64,000 nt of DNA from Macrostomum lignano (GCA_002269645.1 NIVC01003906.1:6331-70330), one strand, 5' to 3'. Positions 23,001 to 42,372 are shown, counted from the first letter of the stretch. Notes: generated from the sequence alone by a model not told the origin. Program-made: numbers and translations.

Positions 23001-26000
23001 AATTAAAATGGCGGAGGCAGCCCGACAACTTGCCCTACTTCCGATTATACTAAATGTTGTTCGGGACTTGGCGCTGTCACAGGCTACCTCCAGCTCAAAC
23101 TCTCGGGGACAAAACTTACCAAAAGTGCCGCCAATTGTGGCTAGCAACATGGCCGAGCTCCTGGAGAACGAGATGCTCGCCACAGCACCTTGCGGTGAGG
23201 ACACAATTTTATACTGTGTCCCGTGCTACAACGTTTTAATGGAAGGCACGGCCTTCTCGCCAAAGTTGACTGTTGCGGAGAGGCACAGCACTTTGTAAGT
23301 CCATTGTATGTACTTTTATCTAACAGGCAATAAGACAATCCAGTTGGCCTTTTCCATTTATTTATTATAAACTTTCATTTCTCTAACTTCTTATAGAAAC
23401 CCCAAGTCGATGGGCACGCTTGCACGAGGGCAGCTCATTACAAAGCTGGAAATGACTGAGATCCTTGCGTGTGGCGAGGCATTCTCCCGGCTTCGTTATA
23501 GGATAGTGAAACATCTCTCTGGTATCGAGGCTGTCGGCCATGTGAAAGCTATGAAGAAGTATGCGGACCGCAAGATTGAAGAGAAGCGCGTCTCAGGAAC
23601 TGTTCGGCGCCTTTTGCGTTGCTCTGTTGCCAATATCGAATCAGCGTCAGCTAGTAAGCACTATGAGACGTTCGTGAGCATGCTTTATCGGTCGGACGCT
23701 GAAGTTGGCCAGCGGGGCCACGGCCGGTATGTACCATATTATGTGGTTTGTATCTGTATGCCATTAGCTAAGCTATGGTTATTTTGTACGCTATTTGTTA
23801 ATTTACCACCCACTATGCATCCAACTAGGGAGTTTAACAAGGAGTTGTGGTCGTTGTTTGAGGTCACCGCTGACAAGTATACGGCTGAGTTCCTGCAGAC
23901 CCCACTGCCGTCCACCGGATGTCCTCCCTGCTACGCCATTGCTTGCGACAAAAGCACACCAGGTCGCATCACTAACCAAGCTGTTATGGTGTTGGCCAGG
24001 TAAGTAGGGAGGAAGAAGGAAAAGTAATGTACATTAGGAGTATCCGCCACTTAAATATTACTTTTACTACCTCCTTAAAACGGATAACCCCTAACAGGTG
24101 CGAGACTGGTGACGCCGTTGCTATCCCAGGTGGCGCCCCGGCCGTTTATTCCAAAGAGATGGACGGCAGCGGCCCCGTTCTGGTGCAGCGGCTTTTTCAA
24201 GGTCTGGCGAACTTTGATTTGCCCATTGATCGTCTTGTGGGCGTCATTGCCGACGGGCAATATCAAACTGCGCCTTTTAAAACGGCAATATTTGAGAAGC
24301 TGAAGGAGGCCGGAGCCGACTATGAGATCCCAATTAACTGGGACCCGGCCCACTTTATAAACCTGGCCGTGACTAACGTGCGCGATAGTGACGACGGAGA
24401 GGCGTTGCAGGATTTTATTGACAGGGCAAACCTGTTTCCGCATCTTTTTGGCCACGGGCGTGGCCGTTCGGCTTTGGAAGTAAGTATGCAACCTGAATGT
24501 CTAACTGAATAGTTTACCGAGGGTTTTAGATATACGTTTGCTATAAAACTACTCCAAATTCTTTGTTTGTAAAAAAACAGATTGCTTCCGAGGACCATGC
24601 CGGAGCAATTTCATCATTTGCCTCGCAGCGCTTTACCAGTTCAGCCATGAACCAATGGCAGACCATCTTTCGCTGCTACGGCGATCTGCATGCCGCATTT
24701 CGAGCCGAGAAACCACGAGTCAGAGATAACGACCCACAGCCGTACATAATGTTCGGATTTGATTTTGTGTGCGACTTGTTGGGCTACCTGGATCTCTTTG
24801 CGCCAATCAAGTAAGTTGATTTATATGCCTTGTGGGTAGTAAAATTACTATGGGATCAACTTTTTGATTACCTACTTACTCCAAACACATAACACTTGCA
24901 CAGAGCTCTTATGGAGATTGCGCAGAATCTTCAGCTGCCCCACTGGAAAGTGTCTACCTTATGGCCATTGGTAGCTGAGTTCCTCCATGTCCATGCAGAG
25001 CAGTTTCGTAGTGAGGACTACCCCACGCTGCATGAGCACATCGACAATCTGCACGTTGGTGGCACATTTGATGGCGTGACTCTGCTGGACGGCTGGCTCA
25101 AAGTAAAAAAGCCGGTTGCTGGCTCTGCCTCTGACCAGGATCAGTGGCGCGCTCGAGACATGGAGGTAAGCTTGTGCAATCATTATATTATGTACTCTGC
25201 CAAAGTTACCATATTCTCCTTTGTGCTTCATTATTCAGCTCCATCCTTCTTCCTCCTTCCTCAGGACATTGCACGTGATACACAGAAGCTTGCCGGGGCA
25301 CTTCACCGCAGCTTCGTTGCTCGCATTCAACGCTGCTGCGACCCGAGCACCTCTGATTGTGCCTCCTTCGATGCAGCTGCCATCATCCGTGCCATTGCAT
25401 GCAGGGACCCTGAAGTTGCAGCAGAAGAGTTTGCAGACCAGTGCGCTCCCGCCTTTAAGCGGCTTGTGACCGAGGCAGTCAAGCATAAGCACCTGGCTCA
25501 TCTGAAAGTTCCCATGGCCCGAAGGTGAGCTCCTTCACAATCAAAACTATAAATGCACTGGTACTATAACTAGTGTGAGGCTGGAAATCACATATTTCAA
25601 GACCACTTTGCTACAGAAAAATGTAACGAAATCGAATTGTATTTAATTTTATTTTTTGTCCACTAAACTTAGGTATGCTGCGAACTTTGTGGACACTATA
25701 CGCCACGTCATTTTCACGGGTGAAGGCCGCAGTAGCTGGCTGGTGCCTTCCATCAACGGGCCACTGACGGATTTAAAAGTAGCAGCACCCACTTTGGCAC
25801 GTCAGTTATTGCTGCATCTATCGGGTTCGACAGCAGGTGGTGAATTTTCATCTGTTGTGGTGGACGAAGCAGCAGTTTATGCGTCTTTCTATGCCGACCC
25901 AGACGTTTTCCAGCGAGCCGGCCCTGCAACATGTGCACTACTTGATTTTGCACTACACCGAGGTGGCACTGGTGAGTTGCAAATTCCAGTTGCTATCTAC

Positions 26001-26652
26001 AAATTAACTAATGTCACCTTGGGCAAGTCAGTCAGATTTGATCAGAATTTCATCTACATATTTTTCCGCCTTTTTCTTCCAGAAGCGATTGTCGAGAGCT
26101 TCTACTCGACTATGCGGTCGCAACAGCAACAGGGAGGCCAAACCAACGACACCCTTCAGCTTCGCGCTAAGTTAGCTTGGTTGCTACCACCCATGGGCGG
26201 CGATGCATGCGAAGAATTTCTCGACGACTCTGCGAAACTTTTTTTTAAAGGCGACAAAAGCCGTGGGATTCGTCCACATTGGAGTCCGTTTTTTGCTGCC
26301 AAAACTAAGGACGCCATCGGCAAGGTGCTGCAGAGGCGCGCAGCAGCTGTTTCCCGTGTGCCATTCATCGGCCGTCGGAAGCAGAAGCCCAAAGACGGCG
26401 ACAATAATGCCAATTGATAAATTCATTTAATTGAATCATTCATAATTAATATTACTTCAATTACTTGTAAACTTGTTATTACCACTTACAACTTATTATT
26501 ACTCTTTGTCTGGGTCGGGAGTATGTGGGTTTCTGCATTGTAGTTTGTCGTACAAAAAAAAATTACTTAGTTCACTTGTGTCGTACTGTCGTACAGCAGG
26601 CTAAAACTGAAATTTGCCTTCCGTCGTACACAGAAATCCTTCTGCACCATGG
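20084..26652 (+). mobile_element. Complete autonomous hAT-like DNA transposon, 6569 bp
   Basis: TIRs CCATAGTGCAGAAGGA (20084-20099) and TCCTTCTGCACCATGG (26637-26652), 15/16 match; 8-bp TSD AAGAGAGC at 20076-20083 and 26653-26660; subterminal GTCGTAC motif clusters at both ends. Confidence 0.93.
22141..26417 (+). CDS. hAT-like DDE transposase, 9 exons, 1140 aa: 22141-23294, 23397-23726, 23829-23999, 24098-24479, 24581-24810, 24904-25165, 25265-25524, 25673-25971, 26083-26417
   Basis: All 8 introns GT-AG and phase-compatible (total 3423 nt). TTF-like Zn finger 'LYCVPC...KHLSGIEAVGHVKA'; putative catalytic D (CDKST), D (ADGQY), E (GGTEAIVESFYS); 'WDPAHFINLAV'; 'SQRF'. Confidence 0.88.
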
Positions 26653-28137
26653 AAGAGAGCGCGCTCAGCGTCACCGCCAGCCAGAGCCAGACAGAATGCT
26701 CCGGAAGAGAGTTCTCTTTCAAATCCCGCCCCAATGCGAAATAAGTCAAACAGGGATGGCAGCCTTGGAAGACAAAATAGACTTCTGATGATTGCCAAAA
26801 AATTAATTAGCTCCCCAGATTTCCTACTGATAAAAGTGGCACAGACCGACGAGTCATTGACAGGTTGAAATCCCCGGGATTTTTCCGGGGATCGAATTCT
26901 CTTAAACTGGACTCTCCACAAGACGCCGCTTACTCTACAGTTCTCGCGGCACCACCCCTGCAACCGAAAGAGGGACCTCCGTCGATGCTCGATGCAGCCG
27001 GTCAGTCATCCACCCGAAACCCCTCTGTCTCTCTCACTCACTGCGCCAGACACTCGTTCGCCCTAATGAATTCTCCACTGCGCCGGCTCCTATCCTCGTG
27101 CGTCAGCCCCCGCCTTGCCCGCGTTGCCTGTCTCTCGGTTGCCCTTGCCTGCCCGCCTCTCCCACCTCTTCTTTGCTCTTTCTCTTCAGTGTCGCGGCTG
27201 CTGCGGCCGCTGGCCTCGCCTGCCTAGACGCGCGCTCAACCCGGTTCTTCCTTCCTCTTCCTCTCTCTTTCTCTTTCTCTCAGCCGGCAGGCGGCCCAGC
27301 CATCGAGGGGGGGGGGAAGTTGAGCTGAGTAGCCCGAGAGCCTATATAGGTATAAGGTGGATAGGCGGGCCGTCCCCCGCCCCACCTTTTCCTCTCTTTT
27401 TTCTTGCCAGCCATGAGCCTCAAATCCGCCGATGCGAGTCGCCGGCCAGGCCGCCCCCCCCCCTGGGGTCTATTCATCTTTTCCCCTATATATCTATCTA
27501 TATTGCTCATCCCTTATACCTGTATAGATTCCTCATTTTTTTCCACATCCTGCCAGCAGGAGCAGAATCTGAGCTGAGCCTATAGCTATAGCTAGTCCCT
27601 AGTCCGCGCCACTTCCCTGTTTCCTCACCCCTCTATCCTTCCCCTTCCCCTCGTCGATTCTTGATCCCCATTTTCCCAACCGCGAGCGCGCGGGTGCGAA
27701 CGGAGCGCTCACGGGGATCAAGAGGCGAGGCGAGCAATCGTTCCTATAGAAAAGTTGCAAATCTCCCATCCTAGTCCTCTACCTGCCGCCTTCCACCCAC
27801 CTAATCATTCGAACACTCTGCATCCTGTTCTGCTTCTGCTCCGTTTATAAGGAATTGGGAAAGTAAATAAGGCTTCATTGCAGCAATGGCTATTTGGTTA
27901 TGCGTGTCTCTACTCCATATGCGTTATGGAGATCTCTCACTTAGATCTCTGAGATGAGACTAGCTTAGCTAATCGAAAGAGGATTCCATTTCGTCAAACA
28001 TGTGGCATGAAGACCCGGAAACTGACTGACTGGCTGTCTGCTTTTCTTTTATGTCTGTTTGTCCTGACAGACAGTCAATTGCAGCTCATCTGTGGCTGGG
28101 TGTCGCTTCTCAATTTTCAAGGTCAGACATCAAAATT

Positions 28138-28300
28138 GGGCGCCACTTTGAAGACTGAGCGTCATTTTGATGCTTTCGGGTCATTTTGAAGAATAAGCGC
28201 CACTTTGATGCTGGAGCGAGCGCCATTTTGAAGAATGAGCGCCACTTCGATGATGGCGAACGTGCATAATGTCACTTGGATGATTGAGCGCCAAAATCGA
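28138..28300. repeat. Degenerate ~21-bp GCGCCA-core repeats related to the 45652 array
   Basis: Begins GGCGCCACTTTGAAGAC, identical to the start of the 45652 array. Confidence 0.7.
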
Positions 28301-29114
28301 CACAGTGGCGCAACTTTACTATACTGATTGGGCGCCCAGATTGGAGCCTAAAGTGGGGTGCCCGATAGACCAAAGGCAAACCCCCTCGGGCCATCACGGC
28401 CCCAACACATGGCATCCAAAGTTCCCAACCTAACTAACTAAGCTGCTCCGCCTTAATTTCGGGTTTGTTGAATGGCAGCGGGGGCGGTCAGGAGAGAGGA
28501 GTGGCGGAGAAGAGGAGGGGAGGGGAAAGAGCGAGAGAGCGAGGGCGCGCGCAAGTGGCGCTTAGATTGCGCTGCTGGGCCTAGGGGAGTTGAGGGGAAG
28601 AGACTGCTTCTTCATGATGGCTGCTATGGGAAATGGCCACATGCGTGTGGGGCCCCCAGTTGGGCCGGGTCTGCCTCCCTTCTTCTTCCGTTCCTCGCAG
28701 TTTTAGGGGGTTAAGTAAGTCCCATCATACTCAACTCCGTTTAGTCCTGGCCTTGGGCGCAGCTGCATATGAGCGCTCCTTCTTCAGTGCTTTTCCGGCC
28801 CAGTGACTGCCGCTGCGAGGGGTGAGATGGGGGGTGGGGGTTGGGTTCGGACTGCAGGGTTGGGGAGGAAGAGGAGGCGCTGTGGTGGGAGAATTAGCGC
28901 GCGCCCGCGCCCGCAGAAAGACTCCCGAGTTGTGACGGGAGCAGGTTGGGTCTGGGTGATTGAGAGAGACTGGCTCGCTCACTGCTGTGTTGACTCTTGG
29001 CTGTCATCTTAGACGCGCGCACCTCCTGCTCGTCAGACTGGACAGACTCTGGCTCATTCATTTTTCTCATTTCATTCTCCATGCCGTTGCTTAGTTAGCA
29101 TTCGAGGGGCCGGA

Positions 29115-29485
29115 ATGAGTGTTTAGGAGAGATGGAATGAGTTGTTTAGGAGAGATGGAATAAGTGTTTGGGAGAGATGGAATGAGTGTTTGGGAGAGCT
29201 GGAATGAGTGTTTAGGAGAGGTGGAATGAGTGTTTGAGTGAGCTGGAATGAGTGTTTGGGAGAGCTGGAATGAGTGTTTAGGAGAGGTGGAATGAGTGTT
29301 TGAGTGAGCTGGAATGAGTGTTTAGGAGAGTTGGAATGAGTGTTTGAGTGAGCTGGAATGAGTGTTTAGGAGAGTTGGAATGAGTGTTTGGGTGAGCTGG
29401 AATGAGTGTTAGGAGAGTTGGAATGAGTGTTTGGGTGAGCTGGAATGAGTGTTTAGGAGAGTTGGAATGAGTGTTTGAGTGAGCT
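29115..29485. repeat. 22-bp minisatellite (GGAATGAGTGTTTAGGAGAGTT), ~17 copies
   Basis: Direct observation. Confidence 0.95.
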
Positions 29486-30244
29486 GTAGTAAATTTTCTC
29501 AGTTGGAAAAAGTCAAGAAATTCTTATCTAAAAATGTTTACGAGACTCGTATATTGTTCAAACTGATTGAAAAACTTGCAAAAACCCGGACGCTCAAAAA
29601 TTGACTTGTTGAATTTGAGCTCATTTTATTACGAGTATTGCATTGCGGATTAGCACTCGGACATTGTGCGTCTCGCAACTGCCACCTTCGACCATCTCCC
29701 CTCAAAACCCCTGGAGGGTCCTGTCAGTCTGAACACCCCCCGCGCGGCCACTTGAAAGCGTGAAGAGGAGGATCTGGTCAAAGCGCGCGATGTAACACAA
29801 CGATGGTGATGACTCAACGAGAGAGAAAGAGAGAGAGAAAGCGAGCGAATTTCCCGCTGGCGAGGGCGGCCACTCGTCACCTGCATCGGGTTTGGCTTGT
29901 CTCGCGCGGTCCTGACATGCCAAGACCAGCTGGGCAGTCGTGCTGGGGGGGGGCTTGCCCTTAAACCTCTATCTAAGCCTGAGGCTTATCCACTCAGTTT
30001 ATTTTGCTTTCATTCATACTTATTATATACAGACAGTATGGGCGCAAAATGGGTGCCCAAGTTGGCTGTTGAAGTGAACTGAAAGCGAAAGGTATCATTA
30101 ACTGGCTCCGGTTGCGTTTAAAACAGATCGATCGCTTTCTTTCGGACAGGGTACATCGTATTATTCAGGCAGGTTTGCTAACTCGGCGCCTTCCATAAAT
30201 AACATTTGGCAACCGTGCACTAATCAGTAGCGCTCTCGATAATA

Positions 30245-30857
30245 ACCTTAGGCGCCATTGATAACTCGTAGCAATATTCGGTGCCATTAATAATATTCGG
30301 CGCCATTGATAATAACGTTCGGCGCATTTATAACAACATTCGGCGCCATTGATAATAAAATTCGGTGCCATTCATAATAACATTCGGCGCGATTAGATAT
30401 TCGGCGCCATAAATAGTATTCAGCGCCATTGATAATAACATTCGGCGCCATTGATAATAACTTGAGGCGCCATTGATAACAACCAGAGGCGCCATTGATA
30501 ACAACCAGAGGCGCCATTGATAACAACCTGAGGCGCCATTGATAACAATCTGAGGCGCCATTGATAATAACCTGAGGCGCCATTGATAACAACCTGAGGC
30601 GCCATTGATAACAACCTGAGGCGCCATTGATAACAACCTGAGGCGCCATTGATAACAACCTGAGGCGCCATTGATAACAACCTGAGGCGCCATTGATAAC
30701 AACCTGAGGCGCCATTGATAACAACCTGAGGCGCCATTGATAACAACCTGAGGCGCCATTGATAACAACCTGAGGCGCCATTGATAACAACCTGAGGCGC
30801 CATTGATAATAACCTGAGGCGCCATTGATAACAACTTGAGGCGCCATTGATAACAAC
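30245..30857. repeat. 22-bp minisatellite (AACCTGAGGCGCCATTGATAAC), ~28 copies including a degenerate left end
   Basis: Period 30601 to 30623. Confidence 0.96.
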
Positions 30858-31141
30858 CACTCAGTACTCTGCAGCTATCATACTGGTAACTTGAGCTCTG
30901 ATCTTAAGCGAGCTTATCTCACTAGCAAATCAAACGATTTTTGAAAAGTTTCTTCTAGCTAGACTACTCGTAGGAATGCCATTTTTCCCCATTCACCCGT
31001 TTGGGACTTGGCCCCCGGAATCCGCCCCATTTAGTTCTCAAACCCCGGGTTTTTCCCGTCGCTGGGTTTTGACCACCGGAATTCATTCCCACTGGGTCTT
31101 GACCACTGGAATCTGCCTCTGAAAAGTCTGACATGACAGGA

Positions 31142-31545
<404 letters not shown>

Positions 31546-32173
31546 GGACAAAGCTTCAATTGGCTTCGATGGGGGCGCATAGCAAAGGAGAATGAGCTGG
31601 AGGAGAAGAAAGACGAGGGGAAAAAGAGCGAACGAAGGGTTGAAGTTGAGACTGGAAGCGGGCAGGCTCAGAGATTAGCCTCAAGTATTTGGGGTTGATT
31701 TCGGGTGTCCCAGGGGTGCCGTCCGTTATCCCCAAGCCGGACCACACCGCCTTTTGCCCCCGCCCTGGGTCCATCAGCGCAACTAAGCAACCATGCACCT
31801 ACCTAACCTTCCCACCCAATTCCGCTCCCCGATTTCTTCCCCAGTTCCCCAATCTCTTTCTCCGCTATCTGCCTTTCCTTCTTGTCATAACGTGTGTCGG
31901 ACACGTTACAGCAGTCGCGCGCTTTCAGTCCAGTCTCCGAGTCGAGCGCGAGTTCCGTCATCATCATCTCTTTCAAATCCCTTCCTCGTTTTCTGTCCTG
32001 TCATTTATGTTTTGATTGCGCCCCAAGTCTTTATTTTTTAATGTCCCCATCTCCTCCCCTCTCAAGTTCACAGAAATTAGAAAGCCGAAAGCAGAAAGAA
32101 GAAGAAAGCGGCGGCCTCACAAAGCAGTAACAGGCGCTGCAGCAGCAGCAGCGGAGGTGACGCGAAGCGCAAT

Positions 32174-32244
<71 letters not shown>

Positions 32245-35200
32245 GGTCGCGCTTCACAACCCGACTAGCCCAGCCATAGAGAAGGGTTGAGGATGCGTGT
32301 GGGCCCCGCAAGGCTGGGTGGGAATCGGGAAAAGGCGGCTAGGGTTTGGGGTGGCGGATTTAGCCTCTCGGATTCCCGCACCGGTGGCTGCGGCAGCAGA
32401 CGGGAGGTGACGGGGGAAGGGGGGGGGGGTTGGAGCTGCGCGGCGCGGGCCAAGCAAGCAGGCAGGCAGGCAGGCAGGCAGGCGGGCAGGCCGTCAGAAT
32501 TAATGGGCCGATCGAGCAGTTGCGGACGCGGCGGCGGCGGACCCAAGCGAGAGAAAAAAAAGCGAGAGGGACAAGTCGGGGCCGTTGGGGGCGGGGACTG
32601 GGATAGGCAGGGCAGGCTGACTGCCTGGCTGGCGGCCGAGGCGAAGGGCCGGGCAGCGGGGCGGGAATTTGGCGCGCCATCGAGATTAGAGCGAAAGACG
32701 GCTTGAGGCTTAGGGGAGGGCAGATTGGGATTCTGGGCCTGGCAGGAGAGCGCAGCGTCTGCACCCCCCCCCCTGTGCGCCTTATCCACCGACCCGACGG
32801 GCCACCCACTCCAGATCCCCTTCAACTGCCCCCGGCCCTGAGGGCTCCCACACAAAGCAGCCTCTCCTCCCGAGTCCCGCCCCACCCAGAAAGATTTTGA
32901 CGCGACCGCGCATAATTTGCGACTGGCTGACTTTGCGACTGGCAGAGAAAGAGAGAAATGACTTCTCGAAGCGGCGTTGGAGAACTGAGCGCCAAATTGT
33001 CGGTCAAGTCTCATTGGTGGTGATGGAACCCCGTTTCAATTTGACAAGCTCATGGCCTTTTCTCGCCTTAGCAAATCATTTATTGGTAAATTTCGAACGA
33101 TTCTCCAGCGAGACGATCTGTGGTGACGTGTTCAAGTTTAATAGGCTGGCAACGCGCTTCGAGTGTTTTTTTTTGGGTGTATTAATTTAACTTCTGCTTA
33201 CACACGGTGGCCTCCGAGTCCCAGAGCAGTGAGGAGGCCTGGAGACGGTGGGGTAGGGGGAAGATCAGATCAGGCCCAGCGGGGGATGAGGGAGGATGGG
33301 ATTGAGAGCGGATCTCCAAGGCCAGTGGGTCGAGTGTCTGCCTGTGTGGCGGGAGGGTTGGCGGCAGCAGCTGCTGCATGCGGGCTTCCGAGCGGGCGCG
33401 GCCGACTCTGCGGGGAGCAGCTGCGAAGCCCCGGCCACCGGCCCGACCTCTCGCAGTCGCTGAAGCAGCAAAGCATGGCAAAACCGGCAGTGACTGACTG
33501 ACTGGCTGTAGGGGAAGGGGGCTGGCTAGATGGATTGGCGGCTCGAGTCCGTTGGCCACTCGCTGCGCAGAAACGAGCGCTCGCGACTGGCGCGCACACA
33601 CCACAAGCAATGGTTTGCTTTAGCTCTAGCTAATCCGCAGCCCGGCCGCGCTTCTGGCTCAATTCATTCATTCAACCTGTGATGTGGCGAGTGGCGAGCG
33701 AGCTAGCATGAGTGTGTGTGTGCGTGTGTGTGAGCGAGCGCCTGTGTCTGGCAGGCAGCCCTGCTAAGCCCCACGGCAGACGCAGAAGAAAGAAAGAAGG
33801 AAATAAACGGAAGGCAAGGCGGGACGCCGGAGAACAAGAAACGGCCGGAGCCGCGAGCTCTGGAGAGAGAGAGAGAGGATGACGCAGTCCCTCAGTCTGT
33901 CCTGCAGCTCCCTGCCCCAGCCTCCGCCTCATCACTAATTTATGGCAGCGGGTCTCAACGCGCTCAGCGACTCGAACAGAGAGAGAGAGAGATCTAGAGG
34001 GGGAGAGAGAGGGCGGAAACTCAATCAATCCCGCCTCTGCCGCCGCTACTGAAGTCAGCGCGCAATCTTCTGACTTCCTCGCTCTCTTTTTCCCCTTTCA
34101 TTGTTCCCAAATCTTTGCATGTCTGTTGGTTACTCTGTTTCTGGCAGAGAGAGAGAGAAATGTGTAAAAGCGATCGGATTTAGCAAAATGCCTAGTGTGA
34201 ATCGCTCTCACTTGCAATATAGGAGAGGATTGAACGGCCAGAATTTACTCAGAGTAAGGCAAGCCCCAGGTTAAAGAGGAAAGGAGACACGCAAGCAGCT
34301 GCGCTTTGGTTTCGGCCTGCCCAATCTGCTCTCCTTAGTAGCTAAGCTATCCCTTCCTCTTCCGCACCAAGTAGCGCGCGCGCGTGGCCGCGGCCGGTCG
34401 CATCCCAGCGAGTCTCTGCAGCCTCCTTCCTCATCTAAAACATGCCCCCAATCTGCGCTCCCCCCGAGCGCTTTGTAAATCCCCTCTGCGTCTCAGCTCT
34501 GAGGAGAGAAGGCTTGAGGACGAACCCGTTGTTGGGCCAGGAGAAGTCTTCCTCTTCGTTCCCTATATTTTTTATCCCGCGGCAGCGGCAACGGCAGCGG
34601 CGGCGGCTGCGGCCACGGCGGGGTCGGCATGCGGGCCAGAGTCTCTTCTTCTCCATCATCTCGCCAGGGGGCGGGTGGATGGATGGGCCCCGCTTGCATA
34701 TAGCCAGGGGTGACGGTTGCGGCGAAAGTAGGGACGGGGAGAAAAGAGAAGAGCACAAGAGAGAAGGCATGGAGCGAGAGAGCCAGAGGGAGGAGGCAGG
34801 CAGGCAGGCAGCGAGGCAATTTTCAAGGAAGTGGAAGCGCGCCGAAAGACAGACAGGCCGCGAAAGGGGGGCGGGCGGGCGGCAGGGGAAACGCGACAGG
34901 ACAGCAGCGGCAGCGGCAGCAGCAGTCGGTGAGAGGGGCAGGCGGGCAAGCAAGCAAAAGTAAAGAGAGCGCCAGTGCCGTGAGGCATGCAGCACAGCGG
35001 GAGGCAGGATATAGGAGCAATTGACCCGCGCAGACGCAATAGGGACTGGGGGGCTGCGAGAGCGCATCGCATGCGGCCGAGAGGAGGCCGACCACTTCTT
35101 CTGCAAGGCCAAGTGGATTCTTTAGGGCGCGCGAGCGGGCGGGAGAGCGAGAGAGGAAGAGGAGAGGAGAGTGGCAGGAGACAGTCGCCCCCCCCCCGCT

Positions 35201-35389
35201 TCGGTGTGTGAGCACTCCGCTCTATGCCTATGCCTACTGTCTGCGTGTGCCGTGTGCTCTGCCGTTTGATGACGTCGTTCAAAAATTGCAGAAACCCATT
35301 ATTATTGAAATTTTTACTTTGATTTTTGTAAACCAGCGAATGTCTGTGCTATCAGTTACTTTCCTTTTTTAGTAGTATAGACCAGTTCA

Positions 35390-36095
35390 TTGATAGATTG
35401 ATAACCTCACCAGTTCATTGATAGATTGATAACCTCACCAGTTCATTGATAGATTGATAACCTCACCAGTTCATTGATAGATTGATAACCTCACCAGTTC
35501 ATTGATAAATTGATAACCTCACCAGTTCATTGATAGATTGATAACCTCACCAGTTCATTGATAGATTGATAACCTCACCAGTTCATTGATAGATTGATAA
35601 CCTAACCGGTTCATTAATAGGTTGATAACCTAATCAGTTCATTGATAGATTGATAACCTCACCAGTTCATTGATAGATTGATAACCTCACCAGTTCATTG
35701 ATAGATTTATAACCTAAACAGTTCATTGATAGATTGATAACCTAAACAGTTCATTGATAGATTGATAACCTAAACAGTTCATTGATAGATTGATAACCTC
35801 ATCAGTTCATTGATAGATTGATAACCTAAACAGTTCATTGATAGATTGATAACCTAAACAGTTCATTGATAGATTGATAACCTCACCAGTTCATTGATAG
35901 ATTGATAACCTCACCAGTTCATTGATAGATTGATAACCTAAACAGTTCATTGATAGATTGATAACCTAAACAGTTCATTGATAGATTGATAACCTAAACA
36001 GTTCATTGATAGATTGATAACCTAAACAGTTCATTGATAGATTGATAACCTAAACAGTTCATTGATAGATTGATAACCTCATCAGTTCATTGATT
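35390..36095. repeat. 28-bp minisatellite (CCAGTTCATTGATAGATTGATAACCTCA), ~25 copies
   Basis: Period 35401 to 35429. Confidence 0.96.
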
Positions 36096-36313
36096 AACTG
36101 GCACAAGTGTTCGCTGCCAAGCTAAAAAACAGGTAAAAACGAGACTAAAAACGATTTCACAGCAAAATTTCGAATTATATTCGAAGATAACAATAAAAAA
36201 ACATTAAACACATAATTTTGTATAATAATACTACTACTACTGACGGGGGGCGCAGGCGCCGCGAATAGGCCGCGAGGCCCCTATCGCAACCCCAAGGTAA
36301 AAGAGCACAAGGA

Positions 36314-41399
<5,086 letters not shown>

Positions 41400-41877
41400 T
41401 TAGCCAGCAGCCAACTACTTAGCAGCCACCTGCCCCGCAAAAAAGCAGCAGGGGGGATCCGTCCCCCACCAGCAGACCAAGACGAGGAAGCTAGCCGCTT
41501 CCACGCCAGGCCAGAACGAAAAGGAGGGGGAAGAGCCTCCTCGAAAAACGAAAAGCTGGCGGATGTCACAGAGTCCCTCGGTTTAAGTTGCCGTTTGCCC
41601 CCCTTGTATAATAATAAGGATACACAGTTTTAAATAATAGGAACGAGTTTCGAGAAATATTCATATTTAATTTAGCCATAAAATTCTGCAAAACAAATGA
41701 AGTTAAGATACAAGACCATGGCATGGCACATAGCAAAAATGGAACAACAATAATGTAAGTTACAATAATAAATGTATATATAATTCTAAAACATGATAAA
41801 TACAGAAAATGGCGCTTAGTACAAAGTGACATTCTGGGTGTTACTTTTGTTACTGAAGAAAGTGCATTATCTACCGC

Positions 41878-42372
41878 CACTGCCAGCTCACACCTGAGCC
41901 CTCTGTGGCGCCACTGCCAGCCCACACCTGTGCTTTCCTGTGGCGCCACTGCCAGCTCACACCTGAGCCCTCTGTGGCGCCACTGCCAGCCCACACCTGA
42001 GCTTTCCTGTGGCGCCACTGCCAGCTCACACCTGAGCCCTCTGTGGCGCCACTGCCAGCCCACACCTGAGCTTTCCTGTGGCGCCACTGCCAGCTCACAC
42101 CTGAGCCCTCTGTAGCGCCACTGCCAGCCCACACCTGTGCCCTCTGTGGCGCCACTGCCAGCCCACACCTGAGCCCTCTGTGGCGCCACTGCCAGCCCAC
42201 ACCTGAGCCCTCTGTGGCGCCACTGCCAGCCCACACCTGAGCCCTCTGTAGCGCCACTGCCAGCCCACACCTGTGCCCTCTGTGGCGCCACTGCCAGCCC
42301 ACACCTGAGCCCTCTGTGGCGCCACTGCCAGCCCACACCTGAGCCCTCTGTGGCGCCACTGCCAGCCCACCT
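41878..42372. repeat. 34-bp minisatellite (GTGGCGCCACTGCCAGCCCACACCTGAGCCCTCT), ~14 copies
   Basis: Direct observation; 34-aa periodicity in the overlapping spurious ORFs. Confidence 0.96.

Noticed and set aside
27341-27350. Perfect CArG box CCTATATAGG
   Set aside because: A single 10-mer with no TSS or conservation evidence; kept only as part of the CTA/TAG patch observation.
32265-35282. Many 100-250 aa ORFs in the GC-rich upstream domain (also 11840-14406)
   Set aside because: Overlapping on both strands, R/P/G/A-biased, no domains or consistent splice model; expected in high-GC DNA.
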